From assembly GCA_028714475.1 (NCBI GenBank), contig JAQTNC010000002.1, forward strand, positions 14,609 through 78,608: 64,000 bases of DNA, given 5' to 3'. The stretch's first letter is position 1. Each line of letters begins with the position of its first letter. Made by a program: the position numbers and the translations under genes. Below, piece by piece: positions 47,906-57,157 of this stretch. Under the pieces are notes generated by a model, which did no database searches, was not told where the DNA came from, and saw only the letters and a list, made by a program, of their open reading frames with translations. This DNA is from Patescibacteria group bacterium. GTDB lineage: Bacteria; Patescibacteriota; Patescibacteriia; SG8-24.

Positions 47906-48610
47906 ATGAACGCCGAACGCCGCAAAACCCATCGATTTTTCACGGCCATCGAAAGAGTCGGTAACGGGATAAGACTGACTGATTCGGCGGTGTGTCACCA
48001 GATTGCCCGCGTCCTGCGCCTGCGGCCGGGGGAAACGATTGTCCTCGCGAATGACGGGCAGGAAACCGAAGCGCGGCTCATTGAAGTCGCACCGGGCAAG
48101 GTGATGGCCGAGATGTTGTCCGTCAAAGACGGTCGGCGCGCGAAAAGGCGCGTCACGCTTTATTGTGCGATCATCAAGAAGGACAATTTCGAGCTCACGG
48201 TGCAGAAGGCGACCGAGGTCGGCGTGGCAGCCATCGTTCCCATCATCACTGAACACACCGTCAAGCTCGGCTTACGCCAGGAACGCCTTGAAAAAATCGC
48301 CCGCGAGGCGGCCGAGCAGTCGGAGCGCGCTGACGTCCCCGTAATCACCCCGGCCCTGTCCCTTGAACAGGCGTTGCGTCAGGCGATAGGGGAGCGCGTC
48401 TTTCTCGATGCCGAGGGCGAGCCGTGGCACGGCCAAGCGGCCGTGAGCGAGGTTTCGCTTTTCATCGGCCCCGAGGGCGGCTGGACGGAGGCGGAAATCG
48501 CCAAAGCCAAGGAAGCCGATTGTCGCCTGGCGCGGCTCGGCGGACTCGTCCTCCGCGCCGAAACCGCGGCCGTTGTCGCCTCACACTTAGCCTGTTGGCC
48601 GCTCGAATAG
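47906..48610 (+). CDS. rsmE: 16S rRNA m3U1498 methyltransferase
   Basis: VLRL, QKATEVGV, EAAEQS, IGPEGG, LRAETA. Confidence 0.95.
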   Translation: MNAERRKTHRFFTAIERVGNGIRLTDSAVCHQIARVLRLRPGETIVLANDGQETEARLIEVAPGKVMAEMLSVKDGRRAKRRVTLYCAIIKKDNFELTVQKATEVGVAAIVPIITEHTVKLGLRQERLEKIAREAAEQSERADVPVITPALSLEQALRQAIGERVFLDAEGEPWHGQAAVSEVSLFIGPEGGWTEAEIAKAKEADCRLARLGGLVLRAETAAVVASHLACWPLE

Positions 48611-48679
48611 TCGCCTTCATGCCCTGTTTTGGCCTTATTTGCGTCGCATCGTCTTCAAGCGTATAATATAGATGTACAT

Positions 48680-49063
48680 ATGCCCAAACGAATCCTCTGC
48701 ATAGACGACGACCCGTTCTACAAAGACCTGTTCCGGGCGATTCTCGAGCCGCGCGGCTATGAGGTGTTCACGGCGCTGAATCCGGCCGAAGGCTGGAGCA
48801 TCGCCAGCGAACACAAGCCCGATCTCATCACTCTCGACGTGATGATGCCCGAAAAGGAAGGCATGTTTGACGGTTACGGATTGCTCAAGCGGCTGCAGGA
48901 AGAGCCGGGTTACAAGGACGTGCCGGTCATCATGATTTCGGCCTTGGGTGACCCGGAAGACATCCAGCACGGTCTCAAGGCTGGCGCACGGATGTATCTG
49001 CCGAAGCAGGACATGACGCCGAATCGGCTGGTCGAGGAGATCAAGAAAATCCTGGGGCAATAA
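48680..49063 (+). CDS. Single-domain response regulator
   Basis: IDDD, LDVMMP, YLPK; terminator at ~49077-49103. Confidence 0.92.
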   Translation: MPKRILCIDDDPFYKDLFRAILEPRGYEVFTALNPAEGWSIASEHKPDLITLDVMMPEKEGMFDGYGLLKRLQEEPGYKDVPVIMISALGDPEDIQHGLKAGARMYLPKQDMTPNRLVEEIKKILGQ

Positions 49064-49110
49064 TGATAAACAACAAGCCGCCGGGTGCATCCCGGCGGTT
49101 TTTGTAGGTA

Positions 49111-49203
49111 AGTGCTGGGGTGCTGGAGAAATTGTTGGCGGTATTGTTACGATGTTTAGTTATTCTTTCTTCAGTACTTCAGCACTCCCCAACTTCAGCA
49201 CTC
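49111..49203. repeat. Octamer-periodic inverted repeat element, copy 1
   Basis: agtgctgg units paired with cagcact units; 21 nt identical to 61536-61556. Confidence 0.7.
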
Positions 49204-50571
49204 TTAGTCACCAATCGGCTTGCCCAACGGATGAAGTTCCAACAGCCGCCTGCTCACCGTCACGACCTGGTTCCACTGGTAACCCAACGACGCAAAGGCC
49301 GCCTCCGTCTTGATGACGCGCCGTTCGCCGCCGGAAATCAGGTAGACCGCTGGCACACCCGCCGTTTTCACCAGCCGGCCGTCCGCCAATTTTACGGGCT
49401 CGGCGGTTTGGTAGCGCATCAGTTCCGTCGCCGCGACCGGCTTGGTAATCAAGGCCGGAAACTGGTCAAGAATCGCGCGGTCGAGAAGCGGTTGCTTCTC
49501 TTCGCCGCGCACGAGGTAAACGCCGCCGGTGGCCTTGTCCTGCAACAGCTTGCTGGCCCCCGTGTCGTTATCGTCGCCCAGAGCATCACCATCGGCGTAA
49601 TCGGCGATGTCAGCGGTCACGACGTCCTCCAGCTCCTCCGGATTGAAGCCGAGCCGCCCGAAAGCCTCGGCCGAAACGAACCGCCGCTTGCTGTTCCCGA
49701 CGAGCAGGAACAGATCGCCGGTTTCGGTGCGTACGACGGCCTGGTCCGGCAGGCGCAGGGGGCGCCCCGGCCGTTCATTCTCCAAGGCACGGAAATCGAA
49801 CTCGTTCACGTCCACGATCGGCACGCCGTGAAAACGCGTCTGCAGAACGCTCGCGCTCGCCATGGCGCGCAATCGCCCGTTTTGGATGACGCCGACCGCG
49901 CCGTTCTTCTCGTTGCGTATCACCGTGCCGTCCGGGTAGTCCGGCGGCGCGCCGCCGAACCAATTCTGCCAGATGCTCCAAAGCAACCGGTTGCCGTGCA
50001 GGTGCGGCGTATAACCGTAAAGCGCGGCCGTCGTCAGGTTGGCCGGCGTCACGGTGATGTGGCTGATGGAATAGGGGGTGCCGACCTGACGCTGTCCGGC
50101 CGGAGCCTGACCGCTCTTTAAGTACCAATTCATCCAAGCCGCCCCCGCGTCAATCTGCTTGCCCAGGCCGCGGTATTTGGTCGCGCTCGTCTTGGTACAA
50201 CCGTCGCAAAGCGCGTAGCCGGTTGCCCAATCGAGCTGTTCCCTAGTCGGCGCGGCAGCTTCGACCGCACTCGATTCCTTCTGAATGAGCGCCAGCAGGT
50301 ATCTGGGGTTGATGGAGTATCGGCGGCTGGCATCAGCAATCAGCTGGGCCGCTCCCTTGAGCAGGCCGTCCGTCGGGTCAGCGTCATAATAACGCCCGAG
50401 GCCGCCCTTTCCAGCCAAAAAAACGGCGATGTCAGCGATGTCCATCGCGTCCGCGTCGCGCATCTCGACATCAGTCAGGATAAGATTCGGGTCGAAGGTC
50501 GAGGCGTGAATAGGAGCGGCAACGAACACCGCGACTAAACACAATAAACACGCGAGGAGTTGGCGCTTCAT
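49204..50571 (-). CDS. Secreted protein, putative lysozyme-like N-domain plus C-terminal repeats
   Basis: Signal peptide, INPRYLLALIQKESS, ATGY, YTPH; repeated C-terminal modules. Confidence 0.75.
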   Translation of the reverse strand: MKRQLLACLLCLVAVFVAAPIHASTFDPNLILTDVEMRDADAMDIADIAVFLAGKGGLGRYYDADPTDGLLKGAAQLIADASRRYSINPRYLLALIQKESSAVEAAAPTREQLDWATGYALCDGCTKTSATKYRGLGKQIDAGAAWMNWYLKSGQAPAGQRQVGTPYSISHITVTPANLTTAALYGYTPHLHGNRLLWSIWQNWFGGAPPDYPDGTVIRNEKNGAVGVIQNGRLRAMASASVLQTRFHGVPIVDVNEFDFRALENERPGRPLRLPDQAVVRTETGDLFLLVGNSKRRFVSAEAFGRLGFNPEELEDVVTADIADYADGDALGDDNDTGASKLLQDKATGGVYLVRGEEKQPLLDRAILDQFPALITKPVAATELMRYQTAEPVKLADGRLVKTAGVPAVYLISGGERRVIKTEAAFASLGYQWNQVVTVSRRLLELHPLGKPIGD

Positions 50572-50698
50572 ATGCATATATTCTAGTCTCCGCGCGGTCA
50601 TTCGGCAACTCTCTTCCGTCCGCGCCGACCCGGTGCTAAGCTGAAATCAGGCAGTGGACAACTGTTCACTGCCAACTGTCAACTTCACCACTGCCGGT

Positions 50699-51124
50699 AT
50701 GACCTTCAAGAAGGAACCGTTTCTGCAGCGCATCGAGAAGCCATGGGGATTCGAGGTAGTTTACACGCCGCCCGAAATCACGGACAAGACTGGCAAAATC
50801 CTTTTCACCAAGGCGGGCAAGAAATGGTCGTTCCAGTACCACGACCAGAAACAGGAGACCATCTGCTGTCTCATGGGCAAGGCGCTGATTTGGCTCGAGA
50901 ACGATCAGGGCGAGATCGAAAAGATTCCCATGGTCCCGATGGCGGGCTATACCATCACGCCCGGACAGAAACACCGCGTCGAAGCCATCGAAGACTCCTA
51001 CATGATCGAGACGTCGATGTCCGAGCGCGGCACGACCGTCCGGCTGTCAGACGATTACGCCCGCGCAGACGAAACCGACGCCATGCGCGCCCAGGAAAAC
51101 CGGGGATGGAAGCCACCGGCATAA
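50699..51124 (+). CDS. Cupin protein (mannose-6-phosphate isomerase type II-like)
   Basis: KPWG, SFQYH..KQET, HRVEA, VRLSDDYAR. Confidence 0.85.
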   Translation: MTFKKEPFLQRIEKPWGFEVVYTPPEITDKTGKILFTKAGKKWSFQYHDQKQETICCLMGKALIWLENDQGEIEKIPMVPMAGYTITPGQKHRVEAIEDSYMIETSMSERGTTVRLSDDYARADETDAMRAQENRGWKPPA

Positions 51125-51129
51125 AGGTA

Positions 51130-51180
51130 TTGACGAGCTGAACAAAAGACGATAATATCCTAGTAGAACACTAGGATATT
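51130..51180 (+). promoter_or_regulatory. Sigma70 promoter overlapped by perfect 11-5-11 inverted repeat (Rrf2 operator)
   Basis: TTGACG-17-TAATAT; aatatcctagt-agaac-actaggatatt at 51154-51180. Confidence 0.8.
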
Positions 51181-51474
51181 GTTTTTTGTCGTTTGGTGTG
51201 AATATCGAGCAGGCCATGACCACGAGCGGCCAGCTCCGCCGCCCGCGCGGGAGGCGCTCCGGGCCGGGCGCGTTCCACCCGCGCCCTTAAGACGGCCCTC
51301 CGCACCAGCCCTCGCGTGCGGCTCCGCTGGCCGCGAGACGCGTGAGTGACGCAGACGGATGAGAGAAAGGCGCTCGCAGGGTTACATGGCCCGACGGCAG
51401 TCAGGCCGATGCTCGCGTAAGGAAGGTTTCATGCGCCTAAATCAATACCTAAAGACGAAGAACCGATATTATTT

Positions 51475-51930
51475 ATGGCTCAACTCTTCCGCGTTCCCCA
51501 ACGGGTTCATCACGGCCTGCTCATCGCCACTGAATTGGCGTCGCTCCATCGGGGTGGCGGCTGGTTGTCGCTCGACGAAATGGCCCGCCGAACCAGCATT
51601 TCCCAAGGCTTCCTCGAACAGGCGGTGACGCCGCTTCGCCGAGCCGGCTTGGTGGACGGGCGCCGCGGTCCGCAAGGCGGCTACCGGCTGGCGCATGCTC
51701 CGCGAAGCGTGTCCGTGGCGGCCGTCATCGAGGCTATCGAAGGGCCGACATCCGTGGCCGCCTGCACCGGAGCCTCAGCCCACTGCGGGCTGGCCTCGAT
51801 CTGTTCCAGCCGAAAAATCTGGTCCGCGGTTCAAGCCAGCCTTGATCTGACCCTGCGGCGGCTCAAGCTGTCGGACCTCGCCGGCGGCTCCTGCTGTGGC
51901 GGACACGGAAAGAAAAAACACGAACCATGA
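51475..51930 (+). CDS. Rrf2 family (IscR-like) regulator
   Basis: FLEQ...LRRAGLV..RRGPQGGY.LA, three Cys C-x6-C-x5-C. Confidence 0.92.
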   Translation: MAQLFRVPQRVHHGLLIATELASLHRGGGWLSLDEMARRTSISQGFLEQAVTPLRRAGLVDGRRGPQGGYRLAHAPRSVSVAAVIEAIEGPTSVAACTGASAHCGLASICSSRKIWSAVQASLDLTLRRLKLSDLAGGSCCGGHGKKKHEP

Positions 51931-52112
51931 ATCATAATTAAAAAGCGCGTCGCCCCAGCCGCCAGAAACTTGGCCGGGACGACGCAGTCGTGCACGAAAC
52001 GGAAAGTGTCTGACGCTAGCATAGCAGGAACCCGCTATTTCGCATCGACATAGTTAAATGATGACGCAAATCGCAATTTCTGTCAATAACCCCGGATAAT
52101 TTGGGGCAAGTC

Positions 52113-53486
52113 ATGAAGAAATCTCCCTCGAAAACGGCCCACGCCACAAGTCCGGCGAAAACCCGCGGTCTCACCCGCGAGGCGGTTTTGGCGATTTCGC
52201 GGCACAAGCAGGAGCCGACCTGGATGCGCGACCTACGGCTGAAGGCCTTCGGGCTTTATCTCCGGACGCCGCTCCCGAACTGGGGCCCAAGCCTCAAGCG
52301 GCTGAAGCTCGATCGCCTGATCTATTTCGCCGATCCCGGCACCCGCCTCGCCTCCAGATGGGAGGACGTGCCGTCGGACATCCGCGACACCTTCGAGAGT
52401 CTCGGCATACCCGAGGCCGAGCGCCGCGTCTTTTCCGGCGCGGGCGCGCAATTCGATTCCGAGGGCATCTACCATCGGCTGAAGGAACTATGGGCCAAAC
52501 AGGGCGTGATTTTCGAGGACATGGATGTCGCCGTCCGCAAATATCCGGATCTGGTCCGCCGCCATTTCATGACCGATTGCGTGCCCATGAGCGACCATAA
52601 GTTCACCATGCTCCACGCCGCGGTCTGGAGCGGTGGCACCTTCATTTATATCCCGCCCGGCGTGAAAGTGACGGCCCCGCTTCAGGCCTACTTCCGCATG
52701 AACACGGAAGGTGCAGGTCAATTCGAGCACACCATCATCATCGCCGACCGCGGCAGCGAGGTGCATTACATCGAGGGCTGCAGCGCACCGCGCTACGTGA
52801 AGAGCTCGCTGCACGACGGCTGCGTGGAAATCCACGTCAAGGAAGGGGCGCGCGTGCAGTATTCAAGCGTCGAGAACTGGAGCAAGAACGTCTTCAACCT
52901 CAACACCAAGCGCGCGGTCGTCGAGGCCGACGGTTCCATCGAATGGCTGGGCGGCAATCTCGGCAGCGGTGTCACCATGCTGTACCCGATGAGCGTCCTG
53001 CGTGGCGCCCGCGCCCGATCCGATTATCTCGGCCTGGCCTTTGCTGGCCCAGGACAGGAGCAGGACACCGGCATGAAGGTCGTCCATGCCGCGCCGGACA
53101 CGTCCTCCACCGCGCGCACCAAAAGCGTCAGCCGCGGCGGCGGCATCGCGACCTTCCGCGGCTCGGTGCGCGTCACGCCTGCCGCCCGCAACTCGACGGC
53201 CAGCGTTTCCTGCCAGTCCCTGCTCCTGGACAACTGTTCCGCGGCCAATGCCATCCCGGTCATCCGCGTGGACAACGACGCCTCTTCCGCCTCGCATGAG
53301 GCCACGGTCGGCCGCATCGGGGAGGCGGAACTGTTTTACCTGATGAGCCGCGGCCTTGACGAGGAGGCCGCCCGCAAGACGATCGTCAACGGCTTTTTCG
53401 AGCCGGTGGCGCGCCGCCTGCCGCTTGAATACGCGGTTGAACTCAATCGTCTTGTCGAACTAGAAATGGAGGCTTCCGTCATCTGA
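52113..53486 (+). CDS. sufB: Fe-S cluster assembly scaffold
   Basis: AVWSGGTF, GQFEHT, YIEGCSAP, HEATVG, LPLEYAVE. Confidence 0.96.
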   Translation: MKKSPSKTAHATSPAKTRGLTREAVLAISRHKQEPTWMRDLRLKAFGLYLRTPLPNWGPSLKRLKLDRLIYFADPGTRLASRWEDVPSDIRDTFESLGIPEAERRVFSGAGAQFDSEGIYHRLKELWAKQGVIFEDMDVAVRKYPDLVRRHFMTDCVPMSDHKFTMLHAAVWSGGTFIYIPPGVKVTAPLQAYFRMNTEGAGQFEHTIIIADRGSEVHYIEGCSAPRYVKSSLHDGCVEIHVKEGARVQYSSVENWSKNVFNLNTKRAVVEADGSIEWLGGNLGSGVTMLYPMSVLRGARARSDYLGLAFAGPGQEQDTGMKVVHAAPDTSSTARTKSVSRGGGIATFRGSVRVTPAARNSTASVSCQSLLLDNCSAANAIPVIRVDNDASSASHEATVGRIGEAELFYLMSRGLDEEAARKTIVNGFFEPVARRLPLEYAVELNRLVELEMEASVI

Positions 53487-53487
53487 T

Positions 53488-54615
53488 ATGCCGCGCCGAA
53501 TGCCGAAAACAAACGGTCGAAAGGAACTGCCTAGCTTCCGCTTCGGGCTGGGCGTGGAGTTTGCCGCGCATACCTGGCCATCACCGCTTGGGCGCCAGCC
53601 AAACAAGCCGCCCTCGTCGCCGACGATTGACGTCCCGGAACCGGTCGAGCTGATGAAGCCGTCCGTCGCAGCTAAGGCTTTGCGGAGCATGAAAACGCCG
53701 GGGGTTGTCCAACCCGACGCCCTTCGTCGTTGGCACGAACAGCATTCCCAGACTCTGGGCATCCGCATACCAAATGACGTACAGATTATGGAACCTATTT
53801 GCCTCGACTGGCGTCTGCCCGACGGCCTGCACGCCAACCGCCTCATCGTCATTGCGGAACAGGGGAGTCGCGCCACGCTCATAGAACGCGTCGGCGGCAA
53901 GGGAGCGCTGACCAACAGCAGCTCCATCGTGGTCCTGGCTGAAGCCGGGTCATCCTTCACCCATATTCGCGTTCAGAACCTGCCCGACGACGCCACCGAT
54001 TACGTCTGGCGCGATGCCGTGGCCATGGCCGGCGCGTCGGTCACCTGGCTCGATTGCGCGTTTGGCGCGTCGGTCATTGACCGTTCACGGACCGTCCTTG
54101 CCGAACCGAACGCATCCGTAGCCGTTCGCCGCCTCGTCTTCGGCGACGGCGAACGCAGAATCGCGGTCGAGGACAAGGTTCGCCACGCCGCAAATGCTAC
54201 CGCTTCCGACATCGTTTTCCGCGGCGCGGCGGGCGACTCGTCACGGGTCGTGAACCGCGCCCATGCGGACGTCCCGCCATGCCTCAAGGGCTGTATCGTG
54301 AGCGAGAAAAGCGATACAATTCTTTGGAGTCCCTTGGCCTGGGCCGCCGCCCTGCCGGAAATGTCCGTGGCCTCGCCGGAATCCAACTGCCGACATGCAG
54401 CCGCCACCGGCGCGATTGATCCACAGCGCCTCTTTTACCTTCAGACCCGCGGTCTTGACCGGTCAGCCGCTCTCCAACTCGCGGTCAGCGGGTTCTTCGC
54501 TCCGATCATCGACGATATGCGTCACCGCAGCCCGTCGGAAATGATCGAGCGCCTCATCGCCGAACGATTCAAGCACCACGAAAAATCGACCAACCATGAT
54601 TATGACCGTAGCTGA
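53488..54615 (+). CDS. sufD: SufD-like protein (divergent)
   Basis: LPEM...CRHAAATG...LFYLQTRGL...GFF; operon position. Confidence 0.85.
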   Translation: MPRRMPKTNGRKELPSFRFGLGVEFAAHTWPSPLGRQPNKPPSSPTIDVPEPVELMKPSVAAKALRSMKTPGVVQPDALRRWHEQHSQTLGIRIPNDVQIMEPICLDWRLPDGLHANRLIVIAEQGSRATLIERVGGKGALTNSSSIVVLAEAGSSFTHIRVQNLPDDATDYVWRDAVAMAGASVTWLDCAFGASVIDRSRTVLAEPNASVAVRRLVFGDGERRIAVEDKVRHAANATASDIVFRGAAGDSSRVVNRAHADVPPCLKGCIVSEKSDTILWSPLAWAAALPEMSVASPESNCRHAAATGAIDPQRLFYLQTRGLDRSAALQLAVSGFFAPIIDDMRHRSPSEMIERLIAERFKHHEKSTNHDYDRS

Positions 54616-55831
54616 CAAGCGCCTAAACCCAAGCCGCCTGCGCCGCGATTTCCCGATGTATGCCCGTCGGCGTAATTTCGTTTATCTTGATTCCGCCGCC
54701 TCATCGCAGACGCCGCTCGCCGTTCTCAAGGCGATGAACGACTTTTACGGACAATGCCGCGCCAACATCCATCGCGGCATGTATTCGGCCAGTTTGGAAG
54801 CGACCAATCGCTACGAAGCCGCCCGCGCGAAAATCGCGGCCTTCTTGAACGCCGCGCCGGACGAAACCATCATGACGCGCGGCGCCACCGAATCGCTCAA
54901 CCTTCTGGTTCAGACGCTGGCACGCCGGCTCGGTCCTGGCGACGAGGTCGTAACCACGCTCATGGAGCACCACAGCAATTTCGTGCCGTGGCAGCAGCTC
55001 GCCAAGGAGCGCGGCTTCACGCTCAAGTTCGTCGGTCTCACGCCGGATTTCCAGATGGACATGGCCGCCGCGCGCCGACTCATCTCGTCAAAAACGAAAG
55101 TGGTGACGGTCACGCACGTCTCCAACGCCATGGGCACGGTGACGCCGGTGGCGGAACTGGCCAAGCTCACACACGCGGTCGGCGCCGTGCTCATCGTGGA
55201 CGCCGCGCAATCAATCGGCCACCGCCCGATTGACGTCAAGAAACTGGGTTGCGACTTCCTGGCCTTCAGCGGCCACAAGATGTTCGGCCCGACCGGCACC
55301 GGCGTCCTTTTCGGCCGCCGCGACCGGCTTCAGGCCCTCCCGCCCTACATGTATGGCGGCGACATGATCAGCCGCGTCACCAAGGACAAATCCGAATGGA
55401 ACGAACTGCCGTGGAAATTCGAAGCCGGTACACCCAACATCGCCGGCGTGATCGGCCTGGGCGCGGCCATCGATTTCATCGGCATACTCGGCGAGAAGAA
55501 CATCCACGCCCACGAACAGCGGCTGACGAATCTTGCCTTGGGACGGTTGAGTAAAATCAAGGGCCTGCGCGTCATCGGCCCGTCCGCCAAGGCCGACCGC
55601 GGCGCGGTCATCTCGTTCGTGCTCGGCGATGTCCACCCGCACGACCTCACCAACGTGCTCGCCGATGCCGGCGTCTGCGTGCGCGGCGGTCACCACTGCG
55701 CCATGCCGCTCATGCTCGAACTTGGCCTCGCCGGCACGACCCGCGCCAGCTTTTCCGTTTACAACGACGAAAAGGACGTTTCGGCCTTGGTCGCGGCGAT
55801 TCAGAAGGCCAAAAAGATGTTTGACGTATGA
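54596..55831 (+). CDS. sufS: Cysteine desulfurase, class II
   Basis: YLDSAASSQ, FSGHKM, RGGHHCA. Confidence 0.96.
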   Translation: MIMTVADKRLNPSRLRRDFPMYARRRNFVYLDSAASSQTPLAVLKAMNDFYGQCRANIHRGMYSASLEATNRYEAARAKIAAFLNAAPDETIMTRGATESLNLLVQTLARRLGPGDEVVTTLMEHHSNFVPWQQLAKERGFTLKFVGLTPDFQMDMAAARRLISSKTKVVTVTHVSNAMGTVTPVAELAKLTHAVGAVLIVDAAQSIGHRPIDVKKLGCDFLAFSGHKMFGPTGTGVLFGRRDRLQALPPYMYGGDMISRVTKDKSEWNELPWKFEAGTPNIAGVIGLGAAIDFIGILGEKNIHAHEQRLTNLALGRLSKIKGLRVIGPSAKADRGAVISFVLGDVHPHDLTNVLADAGVCVRGGHHCAMPLMLELGLAGTTRASFSVYNDEKDVSALVAAIQKAKKMFDV

Positions 55832-56271
55832 CAAAAAGGAAACCCGCGGCCAAACAATCGGCACCGCCCGCCACCCGTGACATCGACTTGCTTTACCGCG
55901 AGGAGATTCTCGACCACTACCGCCGACCGCATCATTTCGGCAGCCTGCCGGACGCCAACCTCAAGCGCCGCGAGACCAACTTCAGCTGCGGCGATGACCT
56001 GGAATTCCAGATCAAGACCGAAAACCACCGCGTGCGCGGCATCGCCTTCACCGGTCGCGGCTGTGCCGTGAGCGTGGCAGCCGCGTCCATGCTGACGGAC
56101 AAGGTCATCGGCATGAACGAAAAGCAGATTGCCAAGCTGACGGCCAAGGACATCATGAGGCTCCTGGGCGTGGAGTTCGGCCCGGCTCGAATCAAGTGCG
56201 CCCTGCTCGGCCTGCGCGCCGTCCAGCAGGCCATCACCCCCGCGCCGAAAGGGGAAAGCGAAAAGAAGTGA
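55828..56271 (+). CDS. sufU: SufU/IscU-family protein
   Basis: SCGD, GCAVS, RIKCA. Confidence 0.92.
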   Translation: MTKRKPAAKQSAPPATRDIDLLYREEILDHYRRPHHFGSLPDANLKRRETNFSCGDDLEFQIKTENHRVRGIAFTGRGCAVSVAAASMLTDKVIGMNEKQIAKLTAKDIMRLLGVEFGPARIKCALLGLRAVQQAITPAPKGESEKK

Positions 56272-56272
56272 T

Positions 56273-57010
56273 ATGTCGCCAATTGCCCTAAGCATCGAAA
56301 ACCTGCGCGTGCGACGTTCCGGACAGACCATCGTCAAGGGCGTGAGCCTTGAAATCCCGCCAGGAAAAATCGTCGCCCTCATGGGTCCGAACGGTTCGGG
56401 CAAGAGCACCGTCGCCAATGCCGTGTTCGGCCATCCGGGCTACCAAACATCAGGGAAAATCCGCCTCGACGGACGCGACCTGACAAAAGCCCCGACGCAC
56501 GAGCGCTCGCGGGCCGGCCTATTCATGTCCTTGCAGCAGCCGCCGGAAATTCCCGGCGTATCCGTATCCGCTTTCCTTCGCGCCGCGGTCAATGCCCGCC
56601 GCGAACAGCCGATATCGGTTGGCGATTTCCAAACCATCCTAAAAAACAACCTGAAAATCGTCGGCTTGCCGAACGACTTCGCGCACCGACCGCTGAATGA
56701 GGGATTTTCCGGCGGCGAAAAGAAGCGCGCCGAGCTGCTGCAGCTGCTGACGCTGCAGCCGAAATACGTCATTCTTGACGAACTGGACGCTGGTCTTGAC
56801 GCCGACGCATTGCGCGCCGTGACGGCGACCATCGAAAACCTGCGTCGCCGGAAAATCGGCATCCTGCTCATCACCCATTCGCCGCGTTTTCTCAAGAAAC
56901 TCAAGCCCGACCGCGTCCATGTGCTCATCGAAGGACGCCTCGCCGCGAGCGGCGGCCCCGAACTCGCGTCTCGCGTCGAGACGAAGGGGTACGAAAGATT
57001 CGGAGTATAG
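56273..57010 (+). CDS. sufC: Fe-S assembly ATPase
   Basis: MGPNGSGKST, GHPGY, NEGFSGGEKKR. Confidence 0.96.
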   Translation: MSPIALSIENLRVRRSGQTIVKGVSLEIPPGKIVALMGPNGSGKSTVANAVFGHPGYQTSGKIRLDGRDLTKAPTHERSRAGLFMSLQQPPEIPGVSVSAFLRAAVNARREQPISVGDFQTILKNNLKIVGLPNDFAHRPLNEGFSGGEKKRAELLQLLTLQPKYVILDELDAGLDADALRAVTATIENLRRRKIGILLITHSPRFLKKLKPDRVHVLIEGRLAASGGPELASRVETKGYERFGV

Positions 57011-57157
57011 CACTCCGGCATCCGCTCCAGCTTCGCGTAAGCCGCGAACACCGCACCCATGACGCGTTCGCATTTTTTGACGACCGGGCGCGCACAACCC
57101 TTTTAATTTCACGCTCGACTGATATACTCATAAAAATACTTAACAAATCATGACCAT

